Assembly (NCBI GenBank): GCA_027623675.1
Contig: JAQBVF010000001.1
Location: 1 to 64,000, forward strand
Length of the DNA: 64,000 bases
Source: Chloroflexota bacterium
Lineage (GTDB): Bacteria; Chloroflexota; Dehalococcoidia; Lucifugimonadales; UBA3495
Reading direction: 5' to 3'
Notes under the pieces: model-generated
Database searches by the model: none
Seen by the model: the letters and a program-made list of their open reading frames with translations, nothing else
What the model was told of the DNA's origin: nothing
Translations under genes and position numbers: made by a program
Shown here: piece after piece, positions 17,936-26,526 of the stretch
Numbering within the stretch: position 1 is the stretch's first letter
Layout of the letters: each line of letters starts with the position of its first letter

Positions 17936-19219
17936 CTAGTCCAGCACCCGGATGCTGGCGAAGCGGACCAGGAACAGCAGGCTTATGGACAGGGCGATGG
18001 CGCCGCCGATGGCCATGGCGACGTCGATTCCCACCAACACCCCCACGCCTCCCGTGAGGGCGGCGAACAGGGGAATGAGGCCCTGCTCATAGTGCCAGAC
18101 GCTGGTCACGCGGCCCCGCAGGTTGTCGGGCACCAAGGTCTGGATCAGTGTCTGGTTGCCCACGATGAAATGGGTCTGAGAGAGGCCCATAACCATCATG
18201 ATCGGCACCGACAGCCAGACCCACTGCGACAGCCCCAAGACCAGGATGACCGCCGAGCCCGACACCAGCGTCAACAGGGTCACCAGCCCTTTCTTGGTGA
18301 AGAAGCCGAACGACGAGATCATCACCGTGGCCAGCAGTCCGCCCGCTCCCATCACCACGATCATGGCGGTGCTGACCCCTGCGCCCCGACCCAGAGCTTC
18401 GGAGGTGTAGGACGGCAGGAACAGCAGAAGGGGCATGAACACGCCGGTGCGGACGAAGTTCATCAGCATCAAACGCAGCATCACGCCGTCGCCCATGATG
18501 AACCCCAGACCCTCTTTCAACTCGGCCAGCGGAGAAGCCCTGCGGCGGGTCGTCTCCTCGCGGTACGGCGTCCGCATCGGGACCAGCAGCAGGATCATCC
18601 CCGCGTACAACCCCGACTCCACAAAGAAGTTCCATTGGAAGTCCACCGTCTCGATGAGGATGCCGCTGATGGCCGCGCCGGCCAGGCGCATGGACGTCAC
18701 CGCCATGGCGTTCAAGGCCAGAGCGTTGCCCAAGTCGTCCTTGGGCACCGTGTTGGCCACCAGCGCCTGCCGGGTGGGCTGGACGAAGGCGAAGGCAACG
18801 CCCGACACCAGCATGTAGCCGTAGACGTGCCAGATGGAGTCGATCTTCCCGTTGGCCACCAGCGCCCCAAATGCCAGGGCCGATGAAACCATCACAAACT
18901 GGAAGGCCATGACCAGTTTCCTACGGTCCAGCCGGTCGGCCAACACTCCACCCCAAGGCCCCAACAGCAGGACCGGCAGCGCCCTGACGGCAACGGTCAA
19001 TATGGAATGGAGGGCCGAGCCGCTGATATCCAGAGCCAGCCACCCGACGGTGATGAACTGGAGCCACTGGGCGCAGTTGGCGAACAGGTTGCCCGTCCAC
19101 AGATAACGGTAGTTAACGTTATTCTGCAGGGAGGAAAAGGTCTTGACCCTTCCGGAAGGGGGCCGGACAGACGGCCCGCGGGGCATGGGACTGGGTGATT
19201 GAGAAGAGTCTGGGCGCAA
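17936..19219 (-). CDS. MFS transporter (transmembrane secretion effector-like)
   Basis: NYRYLW, GVLADRLDRRKL, LRGRVTS; about 12 TM; start uncertain. Confidence 0.9.
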   Translation of the reverse strand: MRPDSSQSPSPMPRGPSVRPPSGRVKTFSSLQNNVNYRYLWTGNLFANCAQWLQFITVGWLALDISGSALHSILTVAVRALPVLLLGPWGGVLADRLDRRKLVMAFQFVMVSSALAFGALVANGKIDSIWHVYGYMLVSGVAFAFVQPTRQALVANTVPKDDLGNALALNAMAVTSMRLAGAAISGILIETVDFQWNFFVESGLYAGMILLLVPMRTPYREETTRRRASPLAELKEGLGFIMGDGVMLRLMLMNFVRTGVFMPLLLFLPSYTSEALGRGAGVSTAMIVVMGAGGLLATVMISSFGFFTKKGLVTLLTLVSGSAVILVLGLSQWVWLSVPIMMVMGLSQTHFIVGNQTLIQTLVPDNLRGRVTSVWHYEQGLIPLFAALTGGVGVLVGIDVAMAIGGAIALSISLLFLVRFASIRVLD

Positions 19220-19390
19220 ATTTGGGGTATCTGGCTCCCGGAATGGTATGGGCCGTATCAGGTATGGCCGTCGATTATCCTAGTGCCACCGGCGTGCCGA
19301 AGCAAGGGCCGATTGCACCTTGGCCGGGTTCATGGTTAAACTAGCCACGGCCAAGCCCCTGCTCAAACCCGAATGGTCTAATCTCCAGGT

Positions 19391-19440
19391 CCAGTCTCAA
19401 GATCCAGGCTCAAGATCCAGGCTCAAGATCCAGGCTCAAG
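19391..19440 (+). repeat. 13-bp tandem repeat (CCAGGCTCAAGAT, about 4 copies)
   Basis: Read directly; lies immediately upstream of the LLM gene RBS. Confidence 0.85.
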
Positions 19441-19454
19441 GAAACTGACACAAC

Positions 19455-20507
19455 ATGAAATTCGGTCTATTTCAGTCGGTCCAAATGCCCAACCCCAAGG
19501 AACAGGTCAGGTACTACAAAGAGGCGATGGCCCAGGTGCGGCACGCCGAAAAGCTGGGCTTCGACTCGGTCTGGATCACGGAGCACCATTTCTCCCGCCA
19601 CGGCATCGTCTCAGCCACCCTCTCACTGCTGGCCTATCTGGCCGGCGTTACCGAGACGATCCGGCTGGGCACCGGCGTCACCGTGCTCCCGTTCCACAAT
19701 CCCATTCAACTGGCCGAGCAGTCGGCCACGGTGGACCTGCTCAGCGACGGCCGCCTGGACTTCGGCGCGGGCCGGGGCTTCCAATGGGGCGAATTCCACA
19801 AGCTGAACATTCCCATGGAGGAAGCCAGCCGGCGGTTCGAGGAGACCATGGAGGTCCTGACCAAGGCCTGGACCGCCACCGAGCCTTTCGACCACGACGG
19901 CGAGTTCTGGCAGTTCAACGACATGACGGTCCACCCCAGGCCGGTGCAGGCGCCCCATCCGCCGATCTATGTCGCCGCATCCAGCGAGGCCAGCGTCAAC
20001 CGCGTCGCCCGGAACGACTGGAACCTTCTGATCGGGCAGGGCGAACCCTTCGGCCAGGTGGCCCAGCAGATCGAGTTCTACAAGGGGGCGTTGGCCGAGG
20101 CCGGGCACGACTACCACAAAGGGCGGGTGGTTGTGGCGCGGGCCATGTACACCGCGCCCAACCTGTCGCAATCGAGGTCGGACACGGAAGCGCCATTCAT
20201 GTGGTTCAAGCAAACCGGACAGGATGTGGGAGCGCCGCCGGACAATGAGGTGGAGCTGCTGCCCGAAGAGTACCGGGCCTACCGGAGCAGGTTCTCCCGG
20301 GACGTGACCTTCGACTACAACGCCATGTATGAGAACGTGGCCTTGTTCGGGACCCCCGACGACCTAACGGCACGCATCAAGAGCCTGGAACAGTCGGGCG
20401 TGGATAAAATCATCTTCTTCATCAATTTTGGCGGCATCGAACACAGAAAAGTTTTGGACTCGCTGGACCTATTCGCCAAAGAGGTCATGCCCAACTTCCC
20501 GGATTAG
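19455..20507 (+). CDS. LLM-class (luciferase-like) flavin-dependent oxidoreductase
   Basis: MKFGLF, GFDSVWITEHHF, IRLGTGV, DLLSDGRLDFGAGRG, PHPPI, LFAKEVMP. Confidence 0.93.
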   Translation: MKFGLFQSVQMPNPKEQVRYYKEAMAQVRHAEKLGFDSVWITEHHFSRHGIVSATLSLLAYLAGVTETIRLGTGVTVLPFHNPIQLAEQSATVDLLSDGRLDFGAGRGFQWGEFHKLNIPMEEASRRFEETMEVLTKAWTATEPFDHDGEFWQFNDMTVHPRPVQAPHPPIYVAASSEASVNRVARNDWNLLIGQGEPFGQVAQQIEFYKGALAEAGHDYHKGRVVVARAMYTAPNLSQSRSDTEAPFMWFKQTGQDVGAPPDNEVELLPEEYRAYRSRFSRDVTFDYNAMYENVALFGTPDDLTARIKSLEQSGVDKIIFFINFGGIEHRKVLDSLDLFAKEVMPNFPD

Positions 20508-20617
20508 CCATCGGGTTGTTGCCTGAGTTGCGGCCTGAATCGTTGGACTGACCGGGCCCAGCGTCCTTCCACTGGCTCACGACGAACGGTTTGGGGCGGG
20601 GCCTCCTCCAGGCAGGA

Positions 20618-21103
20618 TCAGTCGCGGAAGTTGATGAATTGCAGCGGCTGGGAGTTATTCATCCCTTTGATGAGAGCGATCGTCTCCTGCAAGTCGTCCC
20701 GCTTCTTGGCTGAGATGCGGAGCTCATTGCCTTGAATGGCCAGTTGGACCTTCATCTTGGCCGACTTCACTTCTTTGCTGATCTTCCGGCCCAGTTCCCC
20801 GTCGATTCCCTGCTTGATGGAAACGACCTCCCGCAGGCTGCCGCCGGCGGCGTCCTGGGCTTTCCCGAAATCCAGAGCGCCCAGTTCCACCTTGCGCATG
20901 GCCAGATACTTCCGAAGCAGGTCTTCAACTTGGGTCATCTTCATGCTGTCGTCGGCGGTCAGAGTCAGGGTGTCGTCCGACCGGACGACGGCGCACTTGG
21001 TGCCCGCCAGGTCGAACCGCTGCTTGATCTCCCGCTCAACGCCGTTCAGGGCGTTATCCACTTCCGCCAGGTCGGTTCGGGAAACCACGTCGAATGTAGG
21101 CAT
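20618..21103 (-). CDS. yajQ: YajQ family nucleotide/c-di-GMP-binding protein
   Basis: MPTFDVVS, RFD, KQGI, IQGNELRISAKKRDDLQ, LQFINFRD. Confidence 0.93.
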   Translation of the reverse strand: MPTFDVVSRTDLAEVDNALNGVEREIKQRFDLAGTKCAVVRSDDTLTLTADDSMKMTQVEDLLRKYLAMRKVELGALDFGKAQDAAGGSLREVVSIKQGIDGELGRKISKEVKSAKMKVQLAIQGNELRISAKKRDDLQETIALIKGMNNSQPLQFINFRD

Positions 21104-21203
21104 GAAAAGTACTCCTCGGGAACCACGTTTCGTTTGGTCTACTGCATCAATATTACACGATGCTCGGCAGGGTTACTTCGGCCCGCCCCACCGCGCGATG
21201 CCG

Positions 21204-21464
21204 TCATGGCGCGAGGCGCAGCACAACCTTGAACCGGCGCATGGCGCAGGTGGCTCGAAGCTCGGTGAAACTCACGATCTGACCGGCCGGGTACCCCGGG
21301 CCGCCTTCAAGCTGCACGCCGGCCTCCGGGACGCCCTTCCTGAAGATACGGCCCAACGGGTCGTCGTCTTCCGAGTACAGGAACCATGACGTTGTTGGCA
21401 GACAAGTTTCTGTGGCTTCGCTCAATCTTCCCTCATCGCGGCGTGGCCGACGGGAGACGACCAC
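21204..21464 (-). CDS. Small hypothetical protein (start uncertain)
   Basis: Fills the gap between the crotonase and yajQ on the same strand; a GAGGG precedes an internal TTG. Confidence 0.4.
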   Translation of the reverse strand: MVVSRRPRRDEGRLSEATETCLPTTSWFLYSEDDDPLGRIFRKGVPEAGVQLEGGPGYPAGQIVSFTELRATCAMRRFKVVLRLAP

Positions 21465-21467
21465 CGG

Positions 21468-22631
21468 CTACCCAATGGGTATCTTCACGTATTCGAGGTT
21501 CTTGGAAGGGTCGATCTTCCGTCGCTCGATGAACGATGTCCGGCGCTCCAGGCACTCCTCGGAGGCAAGGTAGTCGGGCATGTACTGTTGCATCGGGGCC
21601 ACCTCGGGCTCCAGGAAGTGGTCGTGGTTGTTGAAGGATACCTTCTGCATCTGGAGGATCACGGGGCTAACGTTCTTGATGTCGGCGATCCACCGGTCGA
21701 CCTCATCCCACAGCCGGTCCGGCTCCACCACAACGTTGACCAAACCCATGTCGTACGCCTGCTGGGCGGTGTACTGGCGGCACAGCATCCAGATCTCCCG
21801 CGCCCGCTTCTGCCCGACCCTGGCCGCCAGCATCGCCACATTATGTCCGTTGGCTGGGCTGCCCACTCGAGGTCCGGTCTGGCCAAACTTGGAGCGGGAG
21901 GTGGCGATGGTGAAATCGCAGGTGTAGGCCAGGATGTTCCCGGAGCCGATGGCGAAACCGTCCACGGCTGCTATCACCGGTTGGGGCATCTGCTGGATAA
22001 CCTGGTTATACCGGATCTCAGCCTCGCCCCGGTAGTCGGAATGCTCCAACTCCGGGTCGTAGCTCTGGTCGTTGCCGGTGCAGAAGCCGTTGGGACCGGC
22101 CCCGGAGATCACCACCACGCGGATGCTGGAATCTCCCGCTGCATCCAGCAGGCATTGGGCCATCTCGTCCATGGTGATGCCGCGCTTGGCGTTGTAAGTC
22201 TCGGGCCGGTTCAGCAGCAGCCAGGCCACGCCGTCTTCCTTGCTGTAGACCACGTCGGAGTAGGAATCCGAGCCGACGATCGGGCCGGCGTAATTGGAGA
22301 ACTTCTGCTCGACCATGTCCAGGGCGTCCTCGTACCCTTTGATCAGTTGCGGCTCGGTCATGTCGGCTCGAGGCGATGCGGCGATCTCGTCGTGGTTGCG
22401 GGTCGCCTGAAATCCCTTGGTGCCCAACCAGCGGGTGACTCCCCTGGTGAAGTCGTGCAGCGCGGGGCATGCTTCGTGTGTGAACGGCAGGCGCTTGCCT
22501 GTCCTGAGGTCGTCAACCGTGATGATGAATCTCGCCTGCTCGGGCGCCGCCGTGGCGGTCAGACTGAGATTGAACCGCACCCCCGCCACCGGGTAGCTCG
22601 CGCTGGTCACCAAGTCGATGCTCGCTGGCAT
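21468..22631 (-). CDS. MenB/BadI-like crotonase with an extra N-terminal domain of about 120 aa
   Basis: LNRPETYNA, FCTGNDQ, FGQTGPRVGS, VGQKRAREIWMLCRQYTAQQAYDMGLVN; GAGGAG RBS. Confidence 0.85.
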   Translation of the reverse strand: MPASIDLVTSASYPVAGVRFNLSLTATAAPEQARFIITVDDLRTGKRLPFTHEACPALHDFTRGVTRWLGTKGFQATRNHDEIAASPRADMTEPQLIKGYEDALDMVEQKFSNYAGPIVGSDSYSDVVYSKEDGVAWLLLNRPETYNAKRGITMDEMAQCLLDAAGDSSIRVVVISGAGPNGFCTGNDQSYDPELEHSDYRGEAEIRYNQVIQQMPQPVIAAVDGFAIGSGNILAYTCDFTIATSRSKFGQTGPRVGSPANGHNVAMLAARVGQKRAREIWMLCRQYTAQQAYDMGLVNVVVEPDRLWDEVDRWIADIKNVSPVILQMQKVSFNNHDHFLEPEVAPMQQYMPDYLASEECLERRTSFIERRKIDPSKNLEYVKIPIG

Positions 22632-23139
22632 TGCATACTCCTCGAATCAAATCAACGAATCAAATCAACGATAAGATCTCTGTGTGAGATTTTATCGGAA
22701 AGTGGCCGCACAAGCACTCAAGCGAGCCGACATGAGGATTTTGCACTCGGAACAGCCGATTTCGGTCGATGGACGGACGAAACTATCTGGCGGCGACCGC
22801 TATCAAGAAACCCTACTCCCGGGCTCCTGACCGCCGCCTCGTGCGGGCAAAATGCTCCCACAAAAGGGATCCAAGTATTCGTACGGCAAAACGGGACTAC
22901 CCTTTATTTCACTTCTAAATCCCGATTCGAAATGAAGTTGGACGGTCCATGTTCCACTTCGACCACCCATTGGGGCAAAGCATGGTGTCCGAGGCGATGC
23001 CTATCACCACCGCCAGACCGGCCACGCCGGCGATGAAGATGGGCCGGCCCGGAGTCAGGTTGTTGGATTCCCGGTTTCCGCCAACCTCGGGAATCTACAG
23101 TTTCGCCACGTCCACTTGGCGCGATTGCCGTTCCGCGAA

Positions 23140-23556
23140 TCAGGTCCTGGGGCTTGAATGCTTCATGGCGGCCAGCATCTCATCACGGGCCCCGAATAGA
23201 TCGATCCGTATCTGTTCGCCTAACTCGCTGGATATATTGGTTTCAGAATCATACTTTTCGGCCCAGCCAATCATGGCCAGCATGACCGGTAGCAGGTCTT
23301 TTCCCCGGTCGGTCAGGTTGTATAAAACTTGGCGCCCATTGGCCGGGTCTTTCTGCCGGGTGATGATCTGCTGCGCTTCCAGTCGACTTAGCCGGTTGGA
23401 CAACACGTTGGTCGAGATGCCTTCGCCGGAATCCAGGAAGTCTCGAAACCGGGAATAGCCGCGAAACATCATGTCGCGGATGATTAACAGCGTCCAGCGG
23501 TCTCCGAATGCGCCCAACCCAAAACGGATCGGGCATTTATTTGGCTCGTAAATCAT
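23140..23556 (-). CDS. HxlR-family winged-helix regulator
   Basis: CPI...GDRWTLLIIRD, EGISTNVLSNRL, YNLTDRGKDL. Confidence 0.9.
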   Translation of the reverse strand: MIYEPNKCPIRFGLGAFGDRWTLLIIRDMMFRGYSRFRDFLDSGEGISTNVLSNRLSRLEAQQIITRQKDPANGRQVLYNLTDRGKDLLPVMLAMIGWAEKYDSETNISSELGEQIRIDLFGARDEMLAAMKHSSPRT

Positions 23557-23714
23557 GTGCGTAGCATACTCAATCTTTGAATCACTTGCAAAGAACAATC
23601 GTTTCTGTCATATTGCTCGCAATTCATAAGCGATGTGACGCCGCCTTCGGATTCAAGGAGCAAAGGTTCCAGATCGCGGATCAAGCTCACCGGTCTTGCT
23701 AGACAAGTCCCGGG

Positions 23715-24983
23715 ATGTCCCCGAGTAGAGATCGGCATGTGTTCATTCGTGTGCTCCTTGGAGAAGCTTTGACCTCAGTCGAACAACCCGGGGTTTCCAG
23801 GTCAACCCTTTTCCTATTCGGCGCCATCGTATTCATGGCCAGGGCCGTAAGCCTGATGCTGGGGCCGCTCCTCGTCTCGTTGGCAGACGAGTTCGATACT
23901 TCGATAGCGGTGGCTGGGCAGCTGGCCGCGGCCACCTTCATAACCTGGGGAATAACCGCGCCGCTGGTGGGGCCCATTTCGGACGCGTGCGGCAGACGCC
24001 CGGTGGTCCTAACCGGCCTTTTGTTGATGGCGGCGGGGGTCCTCGGATCGGCAGTAGCGTGGAGCTACATCTCATTGATGGGCTTCCGCCTGATCACTGG
24101 CGCGGGAGCCGCCATGCTTCCGCCGACCCTCATGGCAACCTTGGCCGACAGTTTACCGCCGCAAAGACTGGGGAAAGCCCTTGGATTCTTAGCCAGTTCG
24201 AGTTGGGTTGGGGTCGCGTTGGGCGTGCCGGCGATAGCTTTGCTGGGCGAAGTCGGCGGCTGGCGATTGCCTTTTTTTGTCACCGGGGGTATCTCGGTGG
24301 CTGTATGGTGTCTGCTGGTGTTGCGTTTACCCAGAGACAAACGCCATTCAAGCCAGACGGTGCCGGTCCTCCGTCGTTTCAAGGAGATCGGCGGCAACGC
24401 AGCGCCCTGGTACGTGCTGGTCGCCAATGCCTCACAGCAGGTTGCGCTGATCAGCTTGATGACTTACTTCGCCGCCTACATGATCGAGAGCTACGGTTGG
24501 GACGAGGGAAGAACGGCCCCATCGCTGGCCCTTTTGGGTGTCGGGGCGGTGATCGGAAGTTTTTGCGGCGGAATCATAGCCAGCCGAGCGCGCCGCCTCG
24601 ACTGGGTGGCCGCCGTGGGATTGCTCGGCGGGGCGACAGCCGTATTACTTTTTGCTTTGGACCTGTCACCCTGGGTATCTGCGGCGCTTTCGTTCGCGGC
24701 AGCGGTGTTGGTTACCGTCTCAATGCCGGTGATGATGACGCTGATCATGCAGCTGGCGGGCCAGTCTCGGGGCACCGCGGGCGGAATGTTCTCTACCAGC
24801 AATCAGCTTGGTAGTGTGCTGGGCGCGGCTGCCGGAGGCCTAATGCTGTCTCTGGGCGGGTTTCCAGCGGTGGGCTTTCTCTGTCTGGCCGCAACCGGGG
24901 TATCCGCATCCGTGGTCGGGTTAAAGATGCGCCGCTCAGCGGATTTCCACTTGGAGGTCTCATCAGGTGCGAACCGGCGTTGA
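23715..24983 (+). CDS. MFS transporter
   Basis: GPISDACGRRPV motif A, GWRLPF, about 12 TM; start uncertain. Confidence 0.88.
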   Translation: MSPSRDRHVFIRVLLGEALTSVEQPGVSRSTLFLFGAIVFMARAVSLMLGPLLVSLADEFDTSIAVAGQLAAATFITWGITAPLVGPISDACGRRPVVLTGLLLMAAGVLGSAVAWSYISLMGFRLITGAGAAMLPPTLMATLADSLPPQRLGKALGFLASSSWVGVALGVPAIALLGEVGGWRLPFFVTGGISVAVWCLLVLRLPRDKRHSSQTVPVLRRFKEIGGNAAPWYVLVANASQQVALISLMTYFAAYMIESYGWDEGRTAPSLALLGVGAVIGSFCGGIIASRARRLDWVAAVGLLGGATAVLLFALDLSPWVSAALSFAAAVLVTVSMPVMMTLIMQLAGQSRGTAGGMFSTSNQLGSVLGAAAGGLMLSLGGFPAVGFLCLAATGVSASVVGLKMRRSADFHLEVSSGANRR

Positions 24984-25086
24984 TCCTCAGCAGCGAAACC
25001 CAGGCATGGCAAATCTCGCGGCGCCGGCGCAGATTCTAGCACCGGCGCCGCGAACGGCGGCAACCACCTGGGGCTTCCTTTAATGA

Positions 25087-25704
25087 TTACCGGTCCAGAA
25101 CCTCACGTGATTCATCGTGTACGGCATCGGCGGCGGGGAGAACGTCCCGGACGAAGCTCTCTTTTTTCCAACTGGGCACCGGAGTTGCGCATTCCGGTTT
25201 GGGGCTGAATCGTGACCGCTCCTCCAGCTTCATGCGGTGGATGTAGCGGGGACAATTGGGAAATACCTCCCGCGCTTTAACCCGGACGATGAACTGGGCT
25301 TCGGGAAAATCGGGCAACAATTGGTCGTCGAAATCGATGGTCGCCTCACCATTCAATCGCATCCGCCATTGATCTTCGAAATCTATGAAGAGGAGCCCGA
25401 CCTGCCCGGTGTTCACCACGTTGCCCATGGAGAGATACATGCCGTTGCCGTCGTAGTTGGGAAAGGCGACGGTGTATTGGTCTACCACCCGAACGAAACC
25501 CGGCTCCCCGCCCTTGTATGAGCAGTTGACCCGCCCACGGTCATCCACGCTGGCCATGAAGAACATGTCCAATGACTCAATGAAGTCTTTATCGTGTTCC
25601 GTCAGGGTGTCGCGAACTATGGTCTCATCGAGCCGGTCGGCCAACCGGTGGGTATCAAACCGGTCCTGCAAACTCCGGTTGCCTTCGTGATAGATGTTGG
25701 ACAT
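25087..25704 (-). CDS. Pyridoxamine 5'-phosphate oxidase-family FMN-binding protein
   Basis: CSYKGGEPGFV, FPNYDGNGMYLSMGN, VGLLFIDF, NCPRYIH; ATG after GAGG. Confidence 0.9.
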   Translation of the reverse strand: MSNIYHEGNRSLQDRFDTHRLADRLDETIVRDTLTEHDKDFIESLDMFFMASVDDRGRVNCSYKGGEPGFVRVVDQYTVAFPNYDGNGMYLSMGNVVNTGQVGLLFIDFEDQWRMRLNGEATIDFDDQLLPDFPEAQFIVRVKAREVFPNCPRYIHRMKLEERSRFSPKPECATPVPSWKKESFVRDVLPAADAVHDESREVLDR

Positions 25705-25803
25705 TTGGCTCCTCTCTTTTATCGAAATATTCCTGAACTTCCCGTATCGGCCGGGCATCCGGCGTAAACGCCCAGCCCATCTGATGGCCGTCGTGTCTCA
25801 CCG

Positions 25804-26370
25804 TTACTTCGTCTTCTCCACTGCCGTCTTCACCGTCACGGGATTGGCCACGGAGTCGTAGACCGGGGAGGCTTTCATGGTCGCTTGGCGGATCTCTTCG
25901 AGCGTCGCATCGTCCGCGTCGCCCGTGACTTTGATCCTCACGTCCACTCCCAGCATCCCGGCCCGGATGGGCTGTAACAGCAAGAACCCATTCAGGTCCA
26001 TGGAGCCTTCGACCTCCACCTCCAATGATTCGATCTTCACGCCCCTGGCGGTGGCTTGCGCCGCATAGGTCCCGGTGATGCAAGAACCCAACGACGCCAA
26101 GAGCGTCTCCACGGCGGTGGGGCCAGTGTTCTGACCCAGCAACTGGGGTGGGTGGTCGCCCCGGAGCGTAAACTTCCTGGGCATTACCTGCCCGAGTTGT
26201 TCTATCCCGGTGGTATGCGCGTCCATGCCGAACCCGGCATCCCAACTTACCTGGCCGCGCCAGACCAGCTTTCCCGCTTCGGGGTTGTTTTGCAACGCCT
26301 CCACCGTGGACTGAAGCTCATCCAGGTTCCATCCGTTCAGCTCGTTAACCGCTGCCTGTGATTGAGTCAT
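25804..26370 (-). CDS. OsmC family protein (single Cys)
   Basis: DHPPQLLGQNTGPTAVETLLASLGSC, SPVYD; AGGAGG RBS. Confidence 0.88.
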   Translation of the reverse strand: MTQSQAAVNELNGWNLDELQSTVEALQNNPEAGKLVWRGQVSWDAGFGMDAHTTGIEQLGQVMPRKFTLRGDHPPQLLGQNTGPTAVETLLASLGSCITGTYAAQATARGVKIESLEVEVEGSMDLNGFLLLQPIRAGMLGVDVRIKVTGDADDATLEEIRQATMKASPVYDSVANPVTVKTAVEKTK

Positions 26371-26526
26371 GCCGCCCTCCTTGGAACGAGATGGGCTCAT
26401 GGTAACCAGGCAGATCCAACCGCAAATCGGGGAAGCCACGGAGATTCCGGACCGGCGGTACGGAAGTTTTGGAGCGGGGATCACGAACGCCGGGAGGCGT
26501 CCCGAAGCGGCACGGTAGGAACGGAC

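Noticed and set aside
19391..19440. CRISPR array
   Set aside because: 13-bp units with no spacers; no cas genes in the window
22811..22828. att-site copy of the tRNA-Asn 3' end (CCTACTCCCGGG)
   Set aside because: Short, mismatched and in the wrong orientation for a direct repeat
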